64,000 nt of DNA from Vicugna vicugna. Lineage: Eukaryota. Numbering within the stretch: the first letter of the stretch is position 1; every line of letters begins with the position of its first letter. The stretch is taken from the NCBI GenBank assembly GCA_013265495.1, contig MU060887.1, positions 4,030,001 through 4,094,000 on the forward strand, read 5' to 3'. Shown here piece by piece: positions 42,726 through 53,096 of this stretch. The notes below the pieces were generated by a model. It saw only the letters and a program-made list of their open reading frames with translations, was not told where the DNA came from and ran no database searches. Both the position numbers and the translations under genes were made by a program.

Positions 42726-45192
42726 TCAGGCAGCAGCGGGGACCGTGATGTTGAGATCCTGGCGGATGAACCAGGCCCTCGGGTAGGGCAGCCAGCCGCG
42801 AAGCAGGCAGAGCAGGTGGAAGCGCCATGGGTAGAAGACGCCAGAGGCACGTGTGGCGCCGCCTCGGATCACAGCCAGAGCTGCCTTGGGCCCTGGGGCC
42901 GCCTTGGCCTTCGTGACGCCCCTGGGGATGGGAGTGCGCGGTGGGGGCTGGGGCTGAGCGGCTCCCAACCCCAACCCCCGCCTGGTCCACGCTCGCGCCC
43001 TGGGCCTCACCTGACTCCCTCCGCGACTGAGGCGCGATCTCGGAGGCCCAGGACGCACATGGTGATAGCCACATTCACGTCCTGCACGTCCAGCTCCCGC
43101 CGGAGAGAGCCAAAGAAGCTGTCCAGAGCGATCTTGGCCGCCGAGTAGGGGCTGGAGAAGGAGGTGGGCACGCGGCCTGGGGGCGCCGGAGGGCAGCGGC
43201 TGAGCAGTCACACACTGCTCCCCCTCCTCCAGGAAATCTTCCTGGCACCTCCAGGCTCTCCCACATAGAGCCCTGTGGCTTCCCCGCTCCCCGCCCCGCG
43301 TGCACGCACCTAGCAACGAGGACACCACCACCAGGGAGCCCTTGCTGTCGGTCAGACTGGGCAGCGCCAACGAAGTTAGTTGCACGTAACTCAGGAAGTT
43401 CACCTGAAGGCGTCGACTGCGTCACCGGGCGGAGGAGGAACCCAACCCCAACAGGGCAGGGGCGGAGCCTAGAGCACGGGGGTGGGGCTTGGTAGGTAGG
43501 GGCGGGGTTCGAGAAATGGGACGAAGTTCCGAATGGAAGAGGGAGAGCAGGCCAGGGGGCGGAGTCAAGATCGAGAGGGCGGAGCCTAGAACCAGGAAAG
43601 GCGGGGTTTGGAGCTGGGAGTGGCAGGGCCCCAGGAGATGGGGAGAGTCTGGGGCGGGAGGTCGGAGCCAGAACCAAGAGGAGGCGGAGCTGGGGCCGCG
43701 GAGGGTCGGAGCACCTGCATGAGCCAGCGTGTCGCCTGGGCGCTGCGGGCCCGCGTGCCTGCCGGGGCGGCGCCGAGGTGGTTCAGCACCAGGTAGTCCA
43801 GCCCTCCTAGCCCAGAGAGGCCCGTCAGCCCGGAGTCAGTCCTTGAGGCTCCGCCCCCGTGCCTGATAAGACACCGCCCCTAATCCTGCCCCCTGAGCTA
43901 GCAAAGCTCTGACAGAGCACTGACCCAATGAGCTCCGCCCCAGATAGCGCCCCCAACTAAGATCAAAGAAACCCCACTCTACTCCCCTCTTCCCAGATCC
44001 AATGAGGCTCGGTCCACAGTTGCTGGATGCAATGAGGCTCCACCCCTGGCCACGCCCCTTGTCCATAAGTCTCCGCCCTCAGACTCCCGTAACTACCACC
44101 CTCCCACCCTAATTTGGATCCTGCCCCTAAGGCCAAGGCCAAGGTCCCGACTCCAGGCCCCGCCCCTCACCCAGCTTGTCCAGCGCAAACCGCACCACGC
44201 GCTCGGGCACCTCGGGGAAGGCCACGTCCGCAGCGACGTAGAAGACCTTGGCAGCGCCCAGCTCCCGGCAGCTCCCCACCACCTGAGGGGGCCAGAGCTG
44301 CCCGTGGGCCCCTCCGCCGGCCTGCCCCGTTAGGGTCCCAGCCTGAAGCCCCCTCCCCTAGTACGAGCCTCAGATTCCATTCAACATCATTCTCAAAGCT
44401 AACCCCTGGGGTAGCAAACTGGCAGACCGCAGGCCAGGACAGAGGACATTTTATTTGCTCGACCATCAACATTTAAAACTCAGGAGATTTCAAATGCATC
44501 CTGAGATTTCTGACCTCTCTTAAAATTCTGGAAGGTTTATTCCCCAAAACTACATTTCCTTGAAGCAGCACTAGGCTGTTGCTAAGAAGTGTCTACCCAC
44601 CCTGCTTTTGAACTGGAGAACCCTAGCTATCCCTACAGCCTTTGGCCACTCACTATCAGTACTTCCACTCATTGAGGAACACTCCTGGCTTTCCAGCTGT
44701 CTCACTGCATCAACCCAACACCACAAAGTAGGAGAAGGTACTTTTATGGTCTCTGTTTTGTGAGTGAGGAAACTAAGACTCAGAGAGATTAAGTGACTTG
44801 CCCAGGGCCACACAGAAAGCCTGGAGGCTTGCAGGGATTCAAACCCAGACCCTGTCTTTCCCCCATCCCTGCCGCCACCATTAAACTGGAAATGGGGTGT
44901 CTCACCTTCTGCAGGAGAGCCTCGGTGGGGGCAGTGAGCACCAGGTGGGAGCCCAGGAGTGCGTAGTGATAGGCCAGCTCCTCCCCCACACCTGCACTGG
45001 CTCCGGTCAGCAGCACTCGGGCTCCCTGGAGGCTGGCTGGCAGTGAGCAGGGGTGGTCAGCTTGGGGGTTGGACAGGACAGCCGGATCATTCCTCCCTCC
45101 TCCACTCCCAGGCACTCACCTGGGTTAAAGTTGTCATCCTAATAATAGGCAAAGAACAGGGCTCCTAGCCCAGTGAGGAGTAGCATCTTCAT
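42726..45192 (-). pseudogene. HSD11B1L: Hydroxysteroid 11-beta dehydrogenase 1-like (SDR family), 7 coding exons, with a premature stop at codon 18 in this sequence (otherwise an open 287-codon frame)
   Basis: Exons 45192-45120 (MKMLLLTGLGALFFAYY*DDNFNP), 45036-44906 (SLQGARVLLTGASAGVGEELAY..., Rossmann TGxxxGxG), 44282-44171, 43806-43715 (GLDYLVLNH...), 43403-43310 (VNFLSYVQLT...VVVSSLL), 43176-43011 (RVPTSFSSPYSAAK, catalytic YxxxK), 42921-42726. All GT-AG and in phase, 864 nt. The only disruption is TAG at 45141-45139. Gene identity is certain; the confidence reflects pseudogene status. Confidence 0.7.
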
Positions 45193-46929
45193 GGCCCTCC
45201 CTGGGTCTGCAGCAGGAGAGAGGTGGCTGGCACAGGCCTGGCCCACAGTCATACCCATTTCCCCAACTGTGTCTTTGTTCGAAGAGCACGCAGTGATGCC
45301 CCCAGCCTTGGCCCTGCCCCCTCTTGCCTATCTCCATGGCCACCACTGGGTCCAGGTTATCATACAGATCACTGGAACCACTGCACCAATCTCCTCCCCC
45401 TGCTGAAACCTCTGCCTGTATCACTTAGAATCAAAGCCTCGGTGACCAAAAAGGCCTTGCCTGGACCAGCCCCTCTTGTTCACTCTGCTTTGCCACTCCA
45501 TCTTTTTCACTGTTCATCAGAATGAGCCAGTCATCATCCTGGCTCAGAACTTTTGCACTGGCTGTTCCCTCTGCTAGGAATACTTTTCTGGAATACAACC
45601 CAATGGCTTGATCTTTCAAGTCTCACCTCCAAAATCACCTCCTCGGAGGGTGCTTCCCTGGCTTCCTTCTCTAAAGCACCTCTATTCCTGGTCCCTCTCT
45701 CTCCCTTATCTGTAGAACTTTCTTTTCCTTCTCAGCACTTGGTCATCCCCTTAAATTATCTCAATGATTTGTTACATGTTCAGGATCCCTCTTTGCCCTT
45801 GGACTCAGTCCCATGGGGCCAGGAAAGAAATGGAAACCTGCTTCTATTTTGCTCACTTTTGGATCTTCAATGCCCCAAACTGCCAGACATGCAGTACATC
45901 CTCAATAGATATTAGACTAACCCACAGTGATATGAGGAACGTGGGAAGTGAGAAGTGGGAGAGCCCAGAAAGACAACTGTCTGGGGACACCCCATGGAAT
46001 TGAACATTCAGGACTGGTTTTGAGACAGAGGTGTCTGTGTCATCAGGTTAAGATGTGACTTCAGCTGTGGGAATCAAGGTACCTGTTCTAGGCAGAAGGT
46101 GAGAGAGAAATAGGCAAAGTGCTTAACATTCTGGGAGTTGTGGGTCTCCCATGAAAGGGGCATAGGCCCATCACATCTTGGGATTTTTAATCCTCTGAAC
46201 TTCATGGGGCAAAGAAGAAAGGTTGACTTCCAGAACATAGGAAGCTGAGAGGTGTTGGGGTTGGTAAGTCCTCAAATCTCCAAGCTCTAAATCCAGTCTG
46301 ACCTCCTTTGCCCCCACTGCGAAGTTCCAGCTGCCTCCTCCCTGGCTCTCCCATCTTCACACTCCCTCCCTCCCACTCTATCCTTTCCAAACAGCCATAG
46401 GGAGTCTTCAAAAAAAAAAAAAAAAATCTGGCATGTCTCTTCCTGCTCCAAATCCTCCCAGGACTTGCCACTGGCCCAGATGGAGGCAAACTCCTCACCT
46501 CAGCCCACAAGACCCAGTAGGTCTGACCCCTGCCCTCCTGTCCAACCTCATCCAGCCCCGCTCCTGTCTATGAATCTTCCAGTTCTCAGAAAAGTGAACT
46601 CCTCGCCCTGACCCAGTCATGCCAGCATGCCCTCATCAGGGAAAGCTCTCTCACTTCTTCCCACTTCCAGGGAAAAGCTGTGAAGCCCCTCAGCTCAACT
46701 CTCTCCTCAACCCGGCCCGGACCACAGCGGCCCTGCAGGGGTTGGCTGGTAGGCAGGGTGGGTGCATGAATGGATGAATGGGATGGAGGAAGCAGCCAGG
46801 CCGTGATGAGGGATGAAAGGGGAAAACTCGATCCCCGCAGAACCCACCGGCCCCCTGACCTTGCTGGGCCTCAGTTTCCCCTCTGGACAAAGGAGGCGTG
46901 AGACCCACTGCACGCTCCCATCCGCGCAC

Positions 46930-47950
46930 TCACCCAATCAGGCCTAAATTTCTCCCTCGGCCCAGCGGGGCTGGGGTCCGGGCCTGGGAGCCGCGCATGC
47001 GCCCCTCTGCCCTCCCTTCGCAGTCGTGTCCACCCAGCCCGCGACCACGCCCCCTCCCGTAGGACCTGAGCCACTTGGCTCCGAGCCCACCTCCTCGCGG
47101 GGAGGGGCCCGGATGTGGGGGGGACTCTGCGCTGGGCGTTGCCGGGCAACTGCCTCCCCCCTGGCTCTCCCTTGGCCCCGCCCTTGTAGGAAAGCCCCAC
47201 CTACACGATCACGTGACTAAGGATCCGCCTATCTTGTACAAGTCCGCCCTCGTGTTGCCGTGACAACCGGCTTCCTGGCACTGTGTTCCTAGGCCTGGGT
47301 CCTCATTCCCCGCGCGGGCGCGGGTGGATCGCCCAGGCTCCGACATGTCTTTGGTCACCCTCAGGCCTCACTCCAGACACCCAACTCCTCCTTTCCTCAC
47401 GTCGCCAGGGCTGTGGCGCGCCGGACTGCATTTCCTAGGAGGCTGGGCGGCTAAATGAGTTGTCATCACGGGGCGGTGCTGACTACTTTTCCCAGACAGC
47501 TTTGCGGCGGCCGGGCCCTGAGGTAAAAGCTCCGCAGGATCATTTTGCAGTCGGACCGCTACCCATCTCTGTCGTCTCGGAGAGGTACCGAGACTCCGAC
47601 TCCCGGGGGCCTTTGCGACTGATAAGAGACTACGTCTCCCAGAGGGCTTTGCGGCGTCTCGACCGGAAGCGACGGGCGAGCCGAGTGTCCTTGCGCGCGG
47701 AGCCGAGCAATCATGGTACCCCGAGTGTGGTCGCTGATGAGGTTCGTGTGACCACCGGGCGGGCCCCAAGCCCCCGAAAAGGTTCTCTTCTTTGGGCACC
47801 GTACTCTGGTTTGCTCCCGACCAGCTCTTCGCTTCCCGTAGTGCCAGGTCTCCCGTGTCGGTTCGCGGTGGGGCTTCCCGAGGTCGCCCGTCGCCTCCTT
47901 CCCGCTTCCTAGCGAGTCCTTGCTTCCTTACTCTGCACACTAGACCCCTC
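46930..47950. promoter_or_regulatory. CpG island and bidirectional promoter for HSD11B1L (-) and MICOS13 (+)
   Basis: NRF1 palindrome GCGCATGCGC at 46993-47002, E-box ATCACGTGAC at 47208-47217, and repeated ZNF143/SBS-like motifs at 47424-47654, between divergent first exons. Confidence 0.85.
46934..47250 (-). other. HSD11B1L: Probable non-coding first exon of HSD11B1L
   Basis: Strong donor G|gtgagt at 46934/46933 on the minus strand, at the edge of the CpG island shared with MICOS13. The next exon acceptor (ctgcag|ACCC) is at 45206. The 5' end is estimated, not observed. Confidence 0.55.
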
Positions 47951-49163
47951 CGAGCCTCAGCTGTCTGCTCTGTAAAATGGAGCAGGAGTGCCGCACGTGT
48001 TTGTTGGGTGGTTAATGCGCACTCGGAGCTGCGTGTGACATGCAGGACTCTTAGAAACGACCAGGGACTCTTAGAAAACCCTTGCAGGTTGCTTGTGTAG
48101 GATCCGTCCCGGAGCTGGAAGGTAGAAGGTGGTCAGGGGCCTTAAGTCTTCACTGTGCTTACCTCATTAGCTTCCCGGCTTCCGGTGTGTCACTTTGCAT
48201 TGTGGGTCTAAACCCCCACTATCACACCCTTGGGCCTAGACTGGGAAGGTGGCCAGCTGAGCTGCTGTGGTTCCATTCCCTGTCTGCAGGTTTCTCATCA
48301 AGGGCAGTGTGGCTGGTGGTGCTATCTACCTGGTGTACGACCAGGAGCTGCTGGGACCCAGTGACAAGAGCCAGGCCGCCCTTCAGAAGGCAGAGGAGGT
48401 GGTCCCCACCGCCATGTACCAGTTCAGCCAGTACGTGTGTGAGCAGACAGGCCTGAAGATACCCCAGGTACCGCGAGCTGGGATTGAGGCTCAGGCGTGG
48501 CAGGAGCGGGGTTGGGTGTCAGCTCTGGGGTGGCCTTTGATCCCTAGTCCCTGCAGCCCTGCTTGGTGTCCTCCGCGCTGGGGCGTGTGCTGCTCCCCCT
48601 GTCTGTGAGGGAAACTGGGGCTGCCAGGCCTTCCCCTTTCACCCAACCCGTTCTCCCCATCTCTTCCCAGCTCCCAGCCCCTCCAAAGTTTAACTTTCAC
48701 ATCCGGGAGTCCTGGAATTCAGGTAGGCCAGCTGCTTGGGGGTGGCGTGGGAGGGGGGTGTGGCCCCAGATACCTCCCACCTCCCTCCCTGGCCATTCCT
48801 TTCCATTGTTCCCTTCCTGCTGTGTGTACACTTCCCACGGATCTAAAAGAAAAAGGGAGGTGGGGATTCCAGGGGGGTGGAAGCAAGATAGAGCCTCCTT
48901 TGAGGGCCTGGGGCTGCATCAGAGCACATCGTGTGGCCTCTGCCTATTTCCCTGTGTGGAACTGAGTGCTGGAAGTCCTGCTTCTAAAAGTCATGCGGAT
49001 TTAGGGTTTCCTGGGGGTTGGACCAAACCCCTTTGCTGAAGGCGCCGGGCCCTCCCTTCCCACAGGGATCATCACAATGATGTCGGCTCTGTCGGTGGCC
49101 CCCTCCAAGGCCTGGGAGTACTCCAAGGAAGGTTGGGAATACCTGAAGGAGCGAACCAAGTAG
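47713..49163 (+). CDS. MICOS13: MICOS complex subunit MIC13 (QIL1, C19orf70), 118 aa
   Basis: Exons 47713-47741 (MVPRVWSLMR), 48290-48467 (FLIKGSVAGGAIYLVYDQELLGPSDKSQAALQKAEEVVPTAMYQFSQYVCEQTGLKIPQ), 48671-48722 (LPAPPKFNFHIRESWNS), 49066-49163 (IITMMSALSVAPSKAWEYSKEGWEYLKERTK*). Total 357 nt. Contains the GxxxG and WN motifs. Confidence 0.98.
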
Positions 49164-49275
49164 CCTGTCAGAGGACGCCACCTGCCCCAGGCGGGGGAAA
49201 GGGGCAGGGGCACCGAGGACCTAAAGACACCAGACTGGGACCCCACTCCGAGGGCAGCTCCGGCCTTGCCAGTCC

Positions 49276-49281
49276 AATAAA
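49276..49281 (+). terminator. MICOS13 polyadenylation signal (AATAAA)
   Basis: AATAAA 112 nt after the TAG. Confidence 0.85.
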
Positions 49282-52200
49282 GGACTTGGAAGTGTTCCCC
49301 AACCCGTGTGCTGGCCCCGGTGGTGTGGGCTTCTGCCTCCTGGGGGCTCCTTAGGGACTGACCTTAGCTGAAGGCCGAGGCTCACCTTTTCACCTGGGCC
49401 CTGGGCCCTGGGCCCTGGACCTGGCGTGGGGAGTGCTCAGCAGCCCTGGGAAGGGTTGAGAAAGTGCTGAGGGCCCACCTGGGTCGGTGGTCTCCTCAAT
49501 TCTCAGAGGGCTGAGCCCAGAGCAGGGCAGTCTGCGGGTGAGGGCTGATCTACACCACCAGGAGCCCCTGCAGCTGCTGATTCTCTGTCCTGCTCAGCTC
49601 ACTGGTCTGCCTGCCTAGTCTAGTCCCTGCTTGCGCCCTGTGTCCACTCTCATTGCACCCCCTCCCCACAACCTGGGGATTCCTGGGGTCATGGCCTGGT
49701 GGTCATGCCATGCAGGGAGTTTCCTTGACCGATAAGGCCCTGTCCTCCAGACGGCCCCTGCTCCCTTGGGAAGCCACCTCTGACACCCCCGTCCCTCACA
49801 GGGTCAGCTACCTGCTGACCTAAACATCTCTCCATCCGACTGGAGCTGCAGGGAGGGTCTGCCCTTGAGAGGCTCCCTGTGAGGCCCCCAGCATCCAGCC
49901 ACAGAGAGCATCCCACCACGGTGACAGCAGGAGGAAACCTCTGCCCCAGACTAGGTAGGAGGTGGGCTTGGATGGGAGCCAGAGGCCGGCCCAGGAGGCT
50001 CCCCGGAGCAGGGAACTGGCCTGGAAAATGCAGGAGATCCTCTGTTCCTAAAAGTTCTGGGCTTTATGTCATTTGATGTAGGAGACAGCCCACCCAGGGC
50101 CATGAGCCAGGAGGGGACAGCAGTGTTTCAGTTGAGGGAAGCAGAGGCCAGAGGCCGGGCATTTCCCTGGGAGTAGAAGCCAGCACCTGTCTGTCCATCC
50201 CTCTGGCAAGGGAGGAGTAGGGGTAGGGGCAGGGGAGGGAGAGCCCTGAGTGACCTGGTCTCCAGGTGGGTCTCCCATGTCCAGCACGTCACCTGGAAGC
50301 CACTTGGGTCCCACGGGCCCCTGTCCTTGTTGGACCTCTGTGGAGCATGTCTAAGATGAGGCCTGGATAGGCCAGGCCGGGAACTGTCCCTGATCCTCTG
50401 CTGCCCAGGATGGAGCTGGTGCTGGCCATTGCGGAGGCCTGGAGGTCAGCTCGGGTTCAAGGGCAAGCCCTGTGACTAACCCCAGCCTGACTATCCACTG
50501 AGCCCTTTCAGCAGCCTCATGGACCCATTTTACAGGAGAAACTTGCCCCACCAGGTTCCTGGTCCCCTCTATCTGCCCAGAGCCCAGGGTGTGAACTTAA
50601 ACCCTCCCATTATTACTGTTACCATTTTATGGAGGGAGGGGGAGACCTGCCAATGCCACCTGCCTTGAACAACCCTTAGCAGCCCAATATTGGCACAGTG
50701 GAGCACACAGGAAAGGGAAACCAGCCTTGCAGGAAATCCAGGAGCTGCCCTGGGGTTGTACCTGGCCCTCCTGGAAAACTTGACCCCAGACTCTGGTGGC
50801 TGGTCACTGACCACAGCCTGCACCCAGGTGCCCAGGGTCAGCTGCCGGCTCTGCTTGGCCCCACAGCTCTCCCTGCTGTCTGGAGACCAGAGCTGCCTCT
50901 GTCCCCTCGTCCAGTCAGACCCCAATCCCTCTCTACTGACTTGTATTTCTTAACAGCGCCAAGACCACCTCCAGGCCTGCCCCCTCCTGTTTCCGAAGAC
51001 CAAGTCTGACGATGTCACCGCCTTACTCAAACGCGCGTGGCTCTCCACTGCCCTCCTCGTGAGCCCACTCCTCCCCTCCATTCTTGGACAGACTGGCGGC
51101 CCTCAGTTCCCAGAATGCAGCTGGTTTTCCCCACCAGCTTTTGCCCACCAGTTTGCGCCCCCTCCATCAGCCATCCTTCCTCCTGGCTGAATCCTGTTCA
51201 TCCCGCCCTCAGCTTAGCCGCCCCCTCTTCCAGGAAGCCTCCCCTAGCTACTTCCCCGAGCGCCTTCTCTGGGCCTCCTCGGTGCCTGGTGTGTACCCAC
51301 AGCGCCCACCACCCTGGGGCAGAAACTTGCAGCTCAGCATCCCTGACACGGGGGACCGTCCCAGGCATGGCAGGGTGCAGAGCAGCATCCCTGCCCCCAT
51401 CTGCCAAACGCCAGCGGCACCTCCTTACCCCCTCTCATGACAACCACAAATGTCTCCTGGTACAGCCAGAGGTCTTCAGGGGACAGAATGACCCCAGGTG
51501 GTTGGAAATCCAGGCTGAAATCCAGGATGGGCAGGGCTAGTTCCTCCTGGAGGCTCTGGGGGGAGGGATGGGAGGCTACCATTCCCTGCCTTTTCCGACT
51601 TCTGGAAGCTGCTGTGACCCTTGGCCTGCGGCTCACCACCCCCCACTGCCACCCCGTCTTCACAGGCAGCAGGGTAGTTTTCTCTTTGCATCTCCACCCC
51701 TGGCCCTCCTGTCTCCCCATTTCTCTTGTAAAGACCCTTCTGGTAACACAGGATCCACCTGGCCAACCCCAGATAACCTCCCACATGAAGGTCCTTGACT
51801 GAATTCCACCTGCCGCGTCCCCTTTGCCCCGCGAGGTGTGTGTACACGGGCTGCAGGGACCGGGTCTGGGGTGAGCCTGGCCTGGTGGAGCAGGGCTTTG
51901 TTGAGCCAACAGGTGTAAGGGCCTGGGCCTATGTCCCTCCCTGGCTGTGGGCCCTGTGGGGACAGGGGCCCGGGCAGCCTTGGTTGTTGGTGCATCACAC
52001 CCCTCAGACAGGGCAGATCCTACTTGAACGTGTGAGAGATGAACCCCAGAGAGGGGAGGCGACCGGCCTGTTTCCATGGAGCCAAGGGGCAGGTCTGTGG
52101 CCACTCTAACCCTGTAGGGTAGGCTTGCCTCCACCCCATCCACGTAGCCACTAGGACCCTGGAGACAGGACACCACCGTCCCCACAAGCACACCGCCTCA

Positions 52201-52940
52201 ACCAGAAAACGCAGACCCCCTCCCCTGGGAGTCCAGGCAGCACCTGGTCCCTGAACGCACCTGCCTTGCACCTTAAGTGGAGACCCCCCTCCCAACTCCT
52301 GTCCTGACAACTCCCCTACCACTTGGGCCCTCCCCTCCCCTAGGGGACCCCATCACCTCCTGGTGGCAACAGCTCTTCTGCTTCCCTTATACCACACCTG
52401 GTCACATCTTCCCCACTAGGATGCAATTCCACTCAGAAGATCCCTGGAGGAGCCATATCCAGAGACAGGAAGTAAGTGGTGGGTGTCAAGGGCTGGGGGA
52501 GAGGACAGGGAGTCAGTGTTTAATGGGCGCAGAGTTTCAGTTTGGGAAGATGAGTAAGTTCTGGATATGATGGTGGGGATGGTTGTAAGACATCAAGAAT
52601 GTACATAATGCCACTGAAGGCCGCGAGTCTTAGATGTGGAGGTGGGGCAATGGAAACATCTCAAGGCCATGGAGGAGGGACAGGTGGCTGACACACGACC
52701 CAGAAGGTCCTATGAACTCTGGGCCTGGGCTCACGCAGGCTGGGAAGTGTGTGCTGTTGGCAAAGTGGCAAAGTGCTTCTGGAAACCCCAACAGTCCCTG
52801 AAAGCTGCCCCTTTCCATCCTCCTTCACCGAAGGAAGAGCTGTGGCTTAGCACTGATGAGTATAATTCCATTTTACTTAAAGAGGTGGAAATAAAGAGAT
52901 GACACTTTAAATAAATAAAGGGTATGTGAACAGAAACACA

Positions 52941-52946
52941 TTTATT
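52941..52946 (-). terminator. SAFB polyadenylation signal (AATAAA)
   Basis: TTTATT on the + strand, 150 nt past the SAFB stop, following a U-rich 3' UTR. Confidence 0.8.
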
Positions 52947-53096
52947 ACAAAAAACCAAAAAAACAAAAAACAAATTCACATTGTATTGAGCTACAATATG
53001 GCAGCAGATAAAAAAAAATTATTGTACACAGTTTAAGGTAACTCCTAACAGGACATGTTCTGGTTGCCACGTGACGTAACACAGGATTCCAAGCAC

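Noticed and set aside
42490-42760. ORF segment PGARTHTKTPLREWRRSRRKSSRQKSKTE in the HSD11B1L 3' UTR, resembling the alternative C-terminus I recall for a long human isoform
   Set aside because: Splicing exon 7 to the internal CGCCAG acceptor gives RISTSRSPLLPELRRLSS* here, and the similar peptide lies in a different frame. This is UTR homology, not a maintained coding tail.
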